A stretch of 64,000 nt of DNA from an uncultured delta proteobacterium (lineage in GTDB: Bacteria > Myxococcota > Myxococcia > Myxococcales > Anaeromyxobacteraceae). The notes beneath the pieces were generated by a model. That model was given only the letters and a program-made list of their open reading frames with translations, did no database searches and was not told the DNA's origin. Position numbers and translations under genes: made by a program. Positions 12,411 to 23,668 of the stretch are shown here, in pieces; the stretch's first letter is position 1; every line of letters starts with the position of its first letter. The stretch lies in assembly GCA_963766715.1 (NCBI GenBank), contig CAVYBH010000014.1, forward strand, positions 32,001 through 96,000, read 5' to 3'.

Positions 12411-13190
12411 CTACTTCTTCGGAGGGCCGCCCGGAGGCCGGCCGCCCGGCACCGGTCCGCCCGGCCTGCGGGGTCCGCCGCCACCCGGGCGACCGCCGCC
12501 GCTCCGCTCGTTCTTGCGGTCGTCGCGCAGCGAGTCCATCGAGAAGCCGCCGGTCGAGGCGCCCTTGGCGCCGCGGTCTCCGCCGCCGCCACCGCCCCGG
12601 CCGCCTCCGCGACCCTTGCCGCGACCCTTCTCGTCCTTGTGGGCGTCGGCGACCTGCTTCATGTTCGAGGGCAGGTAGTCCACGACGAACTGGTGCTCGC
12701 CCACCGTCTGGGCGCCGCGGAGCGGCTCCTCGATGCCGAAGACGCGGACCAGGCGGACGTCGCCGGTGCGGCGGCCCACGATGGTGACCGCGGCGCGGAG
12801 CATGCCCAGCCGGTCGCCCGTGCAGCCGGTCGCCTTGGCGACGGCGTCGTCGAGGAGGGCCTTCACGGTCTCGCTCTCGGTCTCGACCTCCGCCTTCTTC
12901 GCAGGGGCGGCGGGCGCGATCGCGGCAGCCTCGGCGGTCTCGCCGGGGGCGATGGCCTCGGCGCCCTCCTCGGCGGGGGGCGCAACCTCGAGCGGGTCGG
13001 CGAGAGGGGCCTCCACGGACTCGGGCGCTGCCTCGGTCGCGGCGGCCGGGGCGGGCTCGGCCGACGCCGCCACGACGACGGCCGGCGTGAACGGCTTCTC
13101 CTCCTCCTTGGGAAGGGAGCGCCGCACCTCGGCGACTGCCGCGGCTGCCATTCGAACCAGGGATCCGCTGAGCTCGGTGAGGGTCTTCAT
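12411..13190 (-). CDS. Hypothetical protein with an acidic Ala/Glu/Pro-rich N-region and a Gly/Arg-rich basic tail
   Basis: GGAGG SD before MKTLTELSG; coherent codon bias; central folded-looking segment. Confidence 0.65.
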   Translation of the reverse strand: MKTLTELSGSLVRMAAAAVAEVRRSLPKEEEKPFTPAVVVAASAEPAPAAATEAAPESVEAPLADPLEVAPPAEEGAEAIAPGETAEAAAIAPAAPAKKAEVETESETVKALLDDAVAKATGCTGDRLGMLRAAVTIVGRRTGDVRLVRVFGIEEPLRGAQTVGEHQFVVDYLPSNMKQVADAHKDEKGRGKGRGGGRGGGGGGDRGAKGASTGGFSMDSLRDDRKNERSGGGRPGGGGPRRPGGPVPGGRPPGGPPKK

Positions 13191-13322
13191 GCGCCCCTCC
13201 ATACACCTACTTGGGTGGTCCGCGCGACAAGTCTTCGACCCGCGGAGTCGTAGCCCCGCCTGGAGGGTCCGCACCCGCACCGGGGGGCGGAAAAATCCGG
13301 AAAAAGCTGAGATGATTGCTGC

Positions 13323-15225
13323 GTGGGGGAACCGGGGGAAACGTCCAGCCTGCAGGGCCTGTACGAGGCCCTGTTCAAGCACAGCGTGGACGGGGTCCTC
13401 CTCGGGCTGCCCGACGGGACCGTCATCCGCGCCAATCCCTCCGCCTGCCGGATGCTCGGCCGCGGCGAGGCGGAGATTCTCCTGATCGGGCGGGCCGGAT
13501 TCCTGGTCGACGGCCCCGAGGCGCGGCAGCTGCTCGAGACGAGGCGAGACCGGGGCGCGGTCTCGGGCGTCGTCGAGTTCCGCCGGGCCGGACGGGACCA
13601 CCTTCCCGGCCGAGGCGACCTCGACCATCGTCCCGGGCCCCTCGGGCGAGCCCGTCACCTGCACGACGTTCCGCGACGTCACCGAACGGATCCGCTCCGC
13701 CGAGGCGCTCGCGGCCAGCGAGGAGCTCTTCCGGGTCGCCTTCGACGATGCTTCCGTGGGCAAGGCGCTGATGGCGCCGGACGGACATCCACTTCGAGTG
13801 AACCGGGCCGTCTGCGCGATGATGGGGTACCGGGCGGACGAGTTGCTCTCCCTGAACTGGCGGGACTTCACGCACCCGGACGACCGGGAAGCGACGGCTC
13901 GCGAGATCGAGCGGGCGGCCAGGATCCCGGACGCCATCGGGAGGCTGGAGAAGCGCTACATCCGCAAGGACGGCTCCATCCTGTGGTGCGACACCACCAC
14001 CCGGGCCGTGCGCGGTCCCGGGGGAGAGGTACGCCACTTCATCACCAGCCTCGTCGACGTGACGGCCCGGAAGCAGGCGGAGGAGGAGCTGAGGGCGAGC
14101 CACGCGCTGTTCCGCACGCTGGCGGAGGAAGCCCCGATCGGCATCTTCCAGGCCGACGTGTACGGGCACCTCACGTACGTCAATCCCGCCGGCGTCCGGA
14201 TCGCCGGCCTGGAGGCCGATCGGGCCGGCGCCATCGAGTGGAAGCAGTCGATCCATCCGGAGGATCGGGAGCGCGTGGTCCAGGAGTGGTACGAGGCGGT
14301 CTCCGCGGGTCGCGTCTACCTGAACGAGCTCCGGTTCCAGCTGCCCGACGGGAGCGTGACCTGGGTCCGGGTCTCGGGGGCCACCATCCGGAACCAGGAG
14401 GGCATCGTCACCGGGTACATCGGTGTGGTCCAGGACGTCACCCAGTCCCGGGCGCTCCATGCCCAGGTGGCCCTCACCTCGCGCCTGGCCGCGCTGGGGA
14501 CGCTCCTCGCCGGGGTGGCGCACGAGATCAACAATCCCCTCGCCGGGGCGCTCGGTGCGAAGGCCATCGCGCTCGAGGACCTGGAAGGGATCGGCCTGCT
14601 GCTCCGGCAGGACCGGCCCCTCGACCGGTCCGCGGTGGCCCGTCAGCTGGAGCAGACCGTCGACATCCTTCGTCGGGGACAGGACGAGGTCCAGCGCATC
14701 GCCGCCATCGTGCAGGACCTCAACCACTTCGGGCAGCCGAGCCCGGAGCGCGCCCGGATCCGGCTCGAGGATCGGTTGAAGGGCGTGCTCGAGGCCGTCG
14801 CCGAGTCCCTGCAGCCAGGTGTGACGGTCCGGGTCGAAGGGGGCGACGCCCCGCACGTGCTGGGCTCGCCCGCGCAGCTGGATCAGCTGCTGACGGCCCT
14901 CGTCACGAGCGCGGCACGCCCGCTCCCGGACCGGCCGGATCGCGTCGTCACGGTGCACCTGGGCCAGGGTCCCGCGGGCACGGCGCGAATCGACGTGACG
15001 GACGACGGGCCCGGCCTGCAACCCGGGCAGATCGACCGGGTGTTCGAGCCGTTCTTCGCCACCGGCAAGGACGGGCCGAGCGGGCCGAGGGGATTGAGCC
15101 TGCCCGTCGCCCACGCCATCGTGATCGCGCACGGCGGGACGCTCACCGCGACGAGCACGCCCGGAGAGGGCTCGACCTTCCGGGTGGAGCTCCCCGCCGC
15201 GCCCGCCCAGGCGTCCCCGCTATAG
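13323..15225 (+). CDS. Multi-PAS sensor histidine kinase (frameshift near 13590)
   Basis: Three PAS/PAC segments (ANPSAC, THPDD, IHPED), H-box AGVAHEINNPL, DDGPG, FEPFFAT, GEGSTFRVELP. Confidence 0.88.
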
Positions 15226-15237
15226 TCCGGGGCAGGG

Positions 15238-16619
15238 ATGAGCCCTCTCTCCGCCACCGTCGGCCGGACCCGGTACGCCTTCGCCGACCTGAAGGAGGTC
15301 CTGGCGCAAGGCCTCCCCGCTCCGTTCCGGCGACGAGCTGGCCGGCCTGGCCGCCCGTTCGGCGGAGGAGCGCGTGGCCGCGCGGACGGTGCTGGCCGGC
15401 GTGCCGCTCACCCGGTTCCTGGAGGAGCCGCTCGGTCCCGTACGAGGAGGACGAGGTCACCCGGCTCATCGTCGACGGCCACGACCGCGCCGCCTTCGAG
15501 CCGGTGAAGGGACTCACCGTGGGCGAGCTGCGGGAGTGGCTGCTCGCCTACGAGACCGACGCGACGCGCCTCTCGGCCCTCGCCCCCGGCCTCACGCCGG
15601 AGATGGTGTCGGCGGTGACGAAGCTCATGCGCAACCAGGACCTGGTGCTGGTGGCGAGCAAGTGCCAGGTGACGACCCGCTTCCGCAACACCATCGGGCT
15701 TCCCGGGCGGCTCTCGGTGCGGCTCCAGCCGAACCACCCCACCGACGATCCGGCCGGCATCGCCGCCAGCGTGGTGGACGGCCTCCTGTACGGATGCGGG
15801 GACGCCGTCATCGGCGTGAATCCGGCCACCGACTCGGTGGCCTCCATGGAGGCGCTGGTCCGTCAGCTCGCCGGCGTCATCGAGCGCTACGGGATCCCCA
15901 CCCAGTCCTGCGTGCTGGCCCACGTGACCACCGCGCTGCGCGTGATGGAGCGCGGCGCGCCGGTGGACCTGGTCTTCCAGTCGGTGGGAGGGACCGAGGG
16001 GACGAACCGGAGCTTCGGCATCTCGCTCGCACTGCTCGCCGAGGCCCGCGACGCGGCCCTGTCGCTCCGGCGCGGCACGGTGGGCGAGAACGTCATGTAC
16101 TTCGAGACCGGCCAGGGCTCGGCGCTCTCGGCCGAGGCCCACCACGGCGTCGATCAGCAGACCTGCGAGGCGCGCGCCCACGCCGTGTGCCGGCGCTTCT
16201 CGCCGCTCCTCGTGAACTCGGTGGTGGGCTTCATCGGCCCCGAGTACCTCTACGACGGCAAGCAGATCACCCGCGCCGGGCTGGAGGACCACTGCTGCGG
16301 GAAGCTGCTCGGCCTGCCCATGGGCGTGGACGTCTGCTACACGAACCACGCCGAGGCCGACCAGGACGACATGGACGACCTGCTCACGCTGCTCGGGGCG
16401 GCCGGCTGCTCCTACGTGATGGGCGTGCCCGGCGCCGCCGACGTCATGCTTCACTACCAGTCCACGAGCTTCCACGACGCCCAGTACCTGCGCCAGCTGC
16501 TGGGGCTGCGCCCCGCGCCCGAGTTCGAGGCCTGGCTGCGGGAGATGGGGATCATGGACGAGCACCTTCGCCTCCGGACCGTGCCCCCCGGCCACCGGCT
16601 CCTCCAGGGCGGGCCGTGA
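15238..16619 (+). CDS. eutB: Ethanolamine ammonia-lyase large subunit (frameshifts near 15310 and 15435)
   Basis: RLQPNHPTDD, GDAVIGVNPA, MYFETGQGS, VGFIGPEYL, GVDVCYTNH. Confidence 0.95.
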
Positions 16620-17404
16620 CGGGCGAGATCCTCCACGTGGTCAATCCCTGGATCGGCCTGCGCGGCCTGACCCGGGCCCGCATCGCGCTGGGCCGGGCCG
16701 GCGGCTCGCTCCCCACCGCCGAGTGGCTCGACTTCTCCGCGGCCCACGCGGCGGCCCGCGACGCGGTCTGGACCGAGCTCGACGTCCCCCGGCTCGAGGC
16801 CGAGCTCGCGCCGCTCGGCCTGCCAATCGTGCGGGCGTCCTCGCGGGCGACGGACCGGGCCACCTACCTCCGGCGACCCGACCTGGGGCGGCGGCTCGAC
16901 GAGGCGAGCGAGACGGCGCTCGGCCGGGCAGCGCCGCCCGACGGGTGCGACGTGGCCGTGGTCGTCGGCGACGGCCTGTCGGCCACCGGCGTGCAGGCCC
17001 ACGCCCCTTCGCTGGCAGCGGCTCTCCTGTCCCGCCTGCGGTCGCGCGGCCTCCGCGTCGGGCCGATCGCGCTCGTGCGCCAGGCCAGGGTGGCGATCGA
17101 GGATCCCGTGGGCGCGGCCCTCGGCGCGCGGGCGGCGGTCATCCTGCTCGGGGAGCGCCCCGGCCTGGGGGCGCCGGACAGCGTGGGGGCCTACCTGGTC
17201 TTCGGACCTCGCCCCGGCCGCACCGACGCGGAGCGCAACTGCGTCTCGGGCATCCGGCCCGAAGGGCTGCCGGTTCCTGCCGCCGCCGAGCTGCTCGCCT
17301 GGCTCGTGGGCGAGGCCCTGCGCCGCGAGCTCACCGGGGTGGGGTTGAAGGACGAGCGGGCCCTTCCGGGGCCAGCCCCCGTCCGGTCGATTGGAGAGCC
17401 CTGC
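16616..17404 (+). CDS. eutC: Ethanolamine ammonia-lyase small subunit (no stop before the next gene as sequenced)
   Basis: TRARIALGRAG, HAAARDAV, YLRRPDLGRRL, GDGLS, GERPGL, TDAERNCVS. Confidence 0.93.
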
Positions 17405-18337
17405 ATGCTCCAGTTCTTCCTGGCGAGCTCGCCCATCTTCGCCGTCGTGGCGCTGGGCTTCGCCGCGGCCCGGATGCGACTCGTCGCACCCGCGGGCTTC
17501 GCGGCCTTCGCCATCTACGCCTTCGACCTGGCGCTCCCGGCCCTGCTCGTCAGCCTGCTCGCCCGGCAGCCGCTGCAGGAGGCCTTCGACCTCCGCTTCT
17601 TCGGCGCCCTCTTCGCCGCGGGGCTCACGGTCTTCGCCGCCACGGCCGTGCTCACCGCGGTCCTGGGCCGGTCCGGCCTGCGCGTCTCGGGTGTGCACGG
17701 GCAGGCCGCCACGAACGGCAACCTCGCCTTCCTGGGCGTCCCGCTCCTGCTGGCGCTCCTCGGCGACCGGGCCACCGGCCCGCTGGCGATGGCGGTGCTG
17801 GCCGAGGTCGGGATCCTCATGCCGCTCGGCATCGTGCTCATGAGCGTGGGGCGGGGCAGGGAGGGTGCGCCGCGCAGCCTGATCCGCGAGCTGGGGTCGG
17901 CGACGCTCGCGAACCCCATCGTGCTGGGGGTCTGCGCCGGCGCGGTGCTCGGGCTCACCGGCACCCGGCTGCCGCAGCCCGTCGATCGCTTCCTCTCCTT
18001 CCTGGGCGCCTCGGCGGGACCCACCGCGCTCTTCGCCCTGGGCGGATCGCTCGCCGGGCGCCGGCTGGGGGAGCACTGGCGCCCCGCGGTGGGCGTGGCG
18101 GCGATGAAGCTGCTCGTCTACCCGTCGCTCGCCTGGGTCCTGCTCCGGATGACCGGCCTGCCTCCCGTCTGGGTGGCGGCCGGCGTCCTCATCGCGGCCC
18201 TGCCCACGGCGGCGAACGTCTTCGTCTTCGCGCAGCGCTACGAGGCGGTGCCCGAGCGCATCTCGGCGGAGATCCTGCTCTCGACCGTGGCGGGGGCGGT
18301 GACCTTCCCCCTCGCCGCCTGGCTCGTGATGCCCTGA
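17405..18337 (+). CDS. AEC (auxin efflux carrier) family transporter
   Basis: About 10 TM segments; ALPALL, GNLAFLGVPL, NPIV, PTALFALG, ALPTAANVF. Confidence 0.87.
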   Translation: MLQFFLASSPIFAVVALGFAAARMRLVAPAGFAAFAIYAFDLALPALLVSLLARQPLQEAFDLRFFGALFAAGLTVFAATAVLTAVLGRSGLRVSGVHGQAATNGNLAFLGVPLLLALLGDRATGPLAMAVLAEVGILMPLGIVLMSVGRGREGAPRSLIRELGSATLANPIVLGVCAGAVLGLTGTRLPQPVDRFLSFLGASAGPTALFALGGSLAGRRLGEHWRPAVGVAAMKLLVYPSLAWVLLRMTGLPPVWVAAGVLIAALPTAANVFVFAQRYEAVPERISAEILLSTVAGAVTFPLAAWLVMP

Positions 18338-18339
18338 AC

Positions 18340-18435
18340 GTCGGGCGTCCCCGGCGCCCCGTCGGGAAACCCCGACAGCGCCTCCTCGTAACCCCTTGAA
18401 ATGACGAGGCGCGGGTTTCTGGCAAGCCCGCTGCA
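18340..18435 (+). promoter_or_regulatory. Sigma54 promoter with tandem palindromic upstream activator sites and an IHF-like site
   Basis: TGGCAAGCCCGCTGCA at 18420-18435 (-24/-12); GTCGGG-N4-CCCG(G/A)C at 18340-18355 and 18361-18376; TAACCCCTTGAAAT between them and the promoter. Confidence 0.65.
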
Positions 18436-18482
18436 ATAGCTCTCCTCGTCTATCAACCCTGACCGAACCGAGGAGAAACACC

Positions 18483-18785
18483 ATGAACCGCAAGACCCCC
18501 ACCGTCGTCGGCGCCGCCATCGGACTCGCTCTCTTCCTCGCCATCGCACTGCTCCCGGCCCTGCTGTACGGCGGCTACGCGGGCGTGCTGCTCGCCGGCG
18601 GGATCTTCGGCGCCCCGGTTCAGCCCACCTTCCTCGTCCGCGCGCTGATCGTCTTCGGGATGGTGATGGGCGTGACGGGCGTCGGCGCCCTCTTCGCGGT
18701 CGGCGGCGCGGTGGCCGGCGCTGCGGTCGGCGTCCTCGCCGGGGCCCCGGCCAAGAAGGCCGCTGCCGAGGCGACCAAGGCCTAG
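18483..18785 (+). CDS. Small Gly/Ala-rich membrane protein
   Basis: Strong SD GAGGAG; hydrophobic 100 aa; LLPALLYGGYAG. Confidence 0.8.
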   Translation: MNRKTPTVVGAAIGLALFLAIALLPALLYGGYAGVLLAGGIFGAPVQPTFLVRALIVFGMVMGVTGVGALFAVGGAVAGAAVGVLAGAPAKKAAAEATKA

Positions 18786-18875
18786 TAGAGTTTGCCCGGG
18801 CCCGAGGCCCAGGGTGATGCGAGGCCGGCCCGGGAGGGGGTCGGCCTCGTTTCGTTTGGCGTACACTCCCCGCGC

Positions 18876-20056
18876 ATGATCGCTCACCCCCACCGACGAG
18901 TGCGCCCGCCGCCTCGCCCTGCTGCGACAGGGGCTCGCCGACCTGGGGCTCGAGGGGGCGGTCCTCCTCCAGGCCGTCGACGTGCTCTGGCTCTCCGGCA
19001 CCCGACAGAACGCCGCCCTCTGGGTTCCGGTCGATCGCGACCCCGTACTTCTCGTGCGCAAGAGCCTGGAGCGGGCCCGCGCCGAGAGCCCGCTCGCCCA
19101 CGTGGTCCGGTTTCCGCCCACCCGCGAGCTGGCCGGCGCGCTCGGGCCGGCGCGCCGCCTGGGGATCACCCAGGACGTCGTCCCGGTGGCGGTGCAGAAC
19201 CTCTGGACGAAGGCGCTCCCCGGCGTCGCCTGGACCGACGTCTCCGGCCTCGTCCGGGATCTCCGGAGCGTCAAGTCGCCCTGGGAGGTGGAGCGGATGC
19301 GCGAGACGGCGCGGATGCTCTCCGGCGTCTTCCGCGAGATCCCCACCTTCCTGCGCCCGGGGATGCGGGAGGTCGACCTGGCTGCCGAGGTCGAGGTCCG
19401 GATGCGCCGCGCCGGGAACGAGGGGAGCCCGCGGGTGCGCGGCTTCAACCAGGAGTTCTTCATGGGGCTCGCCATCGCCGGCGGCGCCGCCACCGCGCCG
19501 AGCTACTTCGACGGACCCGTCACCGGCCGCGGCCTGTCCCCCTCGTCGCCGCTGGGCGCCTCCGTGGACGTCATCGAGCGCGACGTCCCCGTGCTGCTCG
19601 ACTACACCGCCATCCGGGGCGGCTACATCACCGACATGACCCGCATCGCCGTGTGCGGCCGGCTCGCGCCGGAGCTCGTCCGGGCCTTCGACGTCGCGCG
19701 GCGGATCCAGGACGAGGTCGCGGCGGCCCTCTCGCCGGGCGCGGTTCCCAGCGAGCTCTTCGCGCGCGCCCGCGCGCGGGCCGAGGAGGCCGGGCTCGGC
19801 GACCGGTTCATGGGGCCGCCCGGGGCGCAGGCGCGGTTCGTGGGGCACGGGGTCGGCCTCGAGCTCGACGAGGTGCCGGTGCTCGCGCCCGGGTTCGACG
19901 CGCCGCTCCGCCTCGGGCAGACCCTCGCCATCGAGCCCAAGTTCGTCTTCCCCGGGGCGGGCGCGGTCGGGATCGAGAACACCTGGGTGGTGGGCGAGCG
20001 GCGGCGGCGAGCGGCTCACCGAGCTCGACGACGAGCTGCTCGTCGTGGACGCGTAG
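18876..20056 (+). CDS. M24 (Xaa-Pro) family metallopeptidase (frameshifts near both ends)
   Basis: LRSVKSPWE, LLDY..GYITDMTR, FVGHGVGLELDE, AIEPK, GIENT. Confidence 0.9.
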
Positions 20057-20080
20057 CGGCCCGGCGCCCCGGGAGCCGGA

Positions 20081-22448
20081 TCAGGGCGCGGCCGGCGCGA
20101 CGGCCACGGTGCGCCAGCCCGGCACGCTGCGGAGGAAGCCGGCCATCCGGACGTCCTCCTCGAGCACGTGGGCCTGCAGCCACTCGTCCATCCAGCGACC
20201 CAGCTCCACGAGCAGCGTGACCCGCGACGGGTGGGCCCGGTACTCGGCCTTGCGCCGGGCGACCTCCTCCACGAAGCGCCGGTGAAGCGCCTGGTGGAGC
20301 TCCAGGCCCTCGAAGCCGAGGACGCGCATGAAGCCCTCCTCGGTGGCGAAGTGCTCGGTCACGTAGCGCTCCAGGTACGCGAACACGTCGTCGCCCGGGA
20401 GAGGTTCCCGGCCCGGGCCGCCCCCTCCAGCGCCGCCATGTGGACGAACAGCTCCCGGTGCTGGTCGTCGATGGACTGGATGCCGGTGGTGAGCTCGGGG
20501 CGCCAGGACCGCCGGCTGGGCCGGCTCGGCCTGCGGGCAGGGCGCCCGGAGCGTCGAGCAGCCTGCGAACCCGCGCGACCAGGACACCCGGGGTGAAGGG
20601 CTTCGACAGGAAGCTGGATGCCGGCGTCGAGGATGCCGCGCTGGACGATGGCCTCCTCGGTGTAGCCGGAGACGAAGAGGACGGGCAGCTCGGGGTGGAG
20701 CTTCCAGAGCGCCTCGGCGGTGGCCCGCCCGTCCATCCCGGGCATCACCACGTCGGTGACCAGGATCTGGACCCGGGCCAGCGTCCCGGGGCCCAGCCGG
20801 ACGGCCTCCTCGCCGCTGCGAGCGGCGAGCACGTCGTAGCCGGCCTCGCGGAGCGCACGCACCGTGACGTCCCGGACCCCGGCTCGTCCTCCACCACGAG
20901 CACGGTCTCCGCGCCGCGCGTGTCGGGTCCGCCGCCACGGGCACGGGCTCCGAGGTGGACGCCTCGAACGAGCGGGGCAGCAGGATCTCGAAGGACGTCC
21001 CTCGGCCGGGCTCGCTCTCCACGCGGATCTCCCCGCCGCTCTGCTTCACGATGCCGTAGACGGTGGCGAGCCCGAGGCCGGTGCCCTTGCCCTTCGCCTT
21101 GGTGGTGAAGAAGGGCTCGAAGAGGTGGGCGCGCGCCTCGGGGGAGAGCCCGTGTCCGGAATCCTGGACCACGAGCGCGACGTACGAGCCCGGACGCATG
21201 GCGCCGTCGCGGATCTCCACGTTGGCGGTGGAGAGGGAGAGCGTCCCGCCGCCCGGCATGGCGTCCCGGGCGTTCACCGCCAGGTTGACGATCACCTGCT
21301 CCATCTGCCCCCGGTCGCAGCGGGCCCTCCAGAGGCCCGGCTGCGCGTGGACCTCGAGGGCGAAGTCCTCCCCGAGGACCCGGCGCAGGAGCTTCTCGCT
21401 GACGCGAACCACCTCGTTCAGGTCGAGCGGGACCTCGGCTGGATGACCTGCCGCCGGGCGAAGGCGAGGAGCTGCCGCGTCAGGTCGTGGGCCCGGTCGG
21501 CGGCGGCGCGGATCTCGTCCACGTCCTCGGCCTGTGCGGGCTGCCCGGCCTCCGCGTCCATCCGGAGCGACTCGACGCAGCTCAGGATCACCGTGAGCAT
21601 GTTGTTGAAGTCGTGGGCCACGCCGCCGGCCAGCTGGCCGATGGCCTCCATCCGCGCCGAGCGCTCCATGCCGTGCCGGAGCTGCTCCCGCTCCGCCTCG
21701 GCCCGGCGCCAGTCGGTGATGTCGCGGGTCATCGACAGGACGAGGGTCTCCCCCCTGGAGCCTGAAGAGGCGGGCCGACATGAGCCCCGTCAGGATCGTC
21801 CCGTCCTTCCTGCGGAAACGGGCCTCCAGGTTCTCGACGAAGCCGTCCCGCGCGAGGTCGGCGCGAAGCCGCTCCCGGTCGGCGGGGTCGGCCCAGATCC
21901 CCACCTCGAGCGGAGGTCTTCCCGGCCACTTCCTCGGCGGTCCATCCGGTGAGGCGGGTGAAGCCGTCGTTCACCTCGACGAAGGCCCCGTCTGCCAGCC
22001 GGTTCAGGTTCACCGAGTCGGGGCTGGTCCGGAAGGCGACGCGGAACTTGGCCTCGCTCTCCCGGAGCCCGCGGTCGTCCCGGCGCCGCTCGCCGATGTC
22101 GCGGAAGGTGACGTAGGAGAAGGGACCGGAGCCGTTGGCGGGGATGACCGCGCAGGTGAAGCCTACCGGGAACGAGGAGCCGTCCGGGCGCCGGAAACGG
22201 GTGAGACCGGTGGTGACCCCGTTCTCCGAGCGGGCCGCCAGCTCCACGGGGATCGGATCGCCGTCCACGATCCCCGCCAGCCCCAGGTCGATCACCCGGC
22301 CCTCGGGGATGCGCAGCGCCTGGCAGGCCGCGGAATTGGCGCGCAGGATCGTCCCGTCCGGCCGCGCGAGGAGCGTGGCCTCGCCGGTGTGCTCGAAGAG
22401 TCGCTCGTAGAGAGCGAGCGGGACGGGCGAGTGGCCTCCGGAGGGCAT
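20081..22448 (-). CDS. Hybrid PAS histidine kinase-receiver with an apparent C-terminal hemerythrin domain (multiple frameshifts)
   Basis: PAS x2, AGGVAHDFNNML, NLAVNARDAM, GTGLGLATV, TDVVMPGMDG, then TGIQSIDDQH..HFATEE..H.ALH..HVLEED. Confidence 0.8.
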
Positions 22449-22591
22449 GAACCCTGAGTGTGTGGGGAAGCACGGCAGGCGACAAGGGGAGGATGGTGTC
22501 GGAAGATGAACGTGAGTTCACGGGCCCATGAAGCCCGGTACCCATCCTGGCCGGGGCTGGCCCGGGTTCCGGCCCTAGATTGCACCATCCC

Positions 22592-23665
22592 ATGAAAGAC
22601 ACCAACCCTCCGTGGACCTGGATCGTCCCCCTCGCCGCCGTCGCCGTCCTGGGGCTCGCCCTCTGGAAGCCCAGCGGTCCCGTGCAAATCCTGGCCGCGG
22701 CCGCGCTCATCGGGGCGGTCTTCTCGGCCGTCCACCACGCCGAGGTGATCGCCCACAAGGTCGGCGAGCCCTTCGGCACGCTGGTGCTCGCGGTGGCGGT
22801 CACCGTCATCGAGGTGGCCCTCATCGTCTCCCTCATGATGGCCGCCGGAGCCGAGAAGGCGGGGCTGGCGCGCGACACGGTCCTCGCCGCCGTCATGATC
22901 GCCGCCAACGGGATCGTCGGCCTGTGCCTGCTCGTGGGCGGCGTCCGCCACCGGGAGCAGGGATTCCAGGTCCAGGGGGCGAGCGCGGCGCTGGCGGTGC
23001 TCTCCGCGCTGGCGGTGATGACGCTCGTGCTGCCGAACTACCTGGTGGCGACGCCGGGCCCCACCGTGTCCAGATCCCAGCTGGTCTTCGTGGGCGTGGT
23101 CTCCCTCGTGCTCTACCTGGTCTTCGTCTTCGTCCAGACCGTCCGGCACCGCGACTACTTCCTCGCCGAGGCGGGGGAGGGCGGCGACGTCCACGCGCCG
23201 CCGCCGTCGACGGGCGCAGTCCTCGCCAGCGTGGGGCTCCTCGGCGCGGCGCTCGTCGCGGTGGTCGGGCTCGCCAAGGTGCTGTCGCCCGCCATCGAGG
23301 GCGCCGTGGCCCGGGCCGGCGCGCCGCCGGCGGTGGTGGGCGTGGTCATCAGCGCACTCGTGCTCCTGCCCGAGGCGCTGGCCGCGATCCGGCAGGCGCG
23401 GGCCAACCGGCTGCAGAACAGCCTCAACCTGGCGCTGGGGTCGGCGCTGGCCTCGATCGGCCTCACCATCCCCGCCATCGCCGCGGTGTCGCTCGGGTTC
23501 GGGAAGGCGATCGAGCTGGGCGTGACCGGCAAGGACACCGTGCTGCTGGCGCTGACGCTCCTCGTGGGCGTCATCACCCTGGGCACGGGCCGGACGACCG
23601 TGCTCCAGGGGATGGTTCACCTCACCATCTTCGCGGCGTACCTGTTCCTGGCGGTCGTGCCGTAG
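22592..23665 (+). CDS. Ca2+/H+ antiporter family protein (ChaA-like)
   Basis: AVHHAEVIAHKVGEPFGTLVLAVAVTVIE, LLPE, NLALGSALASIGLTIP. Confidence 0.9.
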   Translation: MKDTNPPWTWIVPLAAVAVLGLALWKPSGPVQILAAAALIGAVFSAVHHAEVIAHKVGEPFGTLVLAVAVTVIEVALIVSLMMAAGAEKAGLARDTVLAAVMIAANGIVGLCLLVGGVRHREQGFQVQGASAALAVLSALAVMTLVLPNYLVATPGPTVSRSQLVFVGVVSLVLYLVFVFVQTVRHRDYFLAEAGEGGDVHAPPPSTGAVLASVGLLGAALVAVVGLAKVLSPAIEGAVARAGAPPAVVGVVISALVLLPEALAAIRQARANRLQNSLNLALGSALASIGLTIPAIAAVSLGFGKAIELGVTGKDTVLLALTLLVGVITLGTGRTTVLQGMVHLTIFAAYLFLAVVP

Positions 23666-23668
23666 GAC

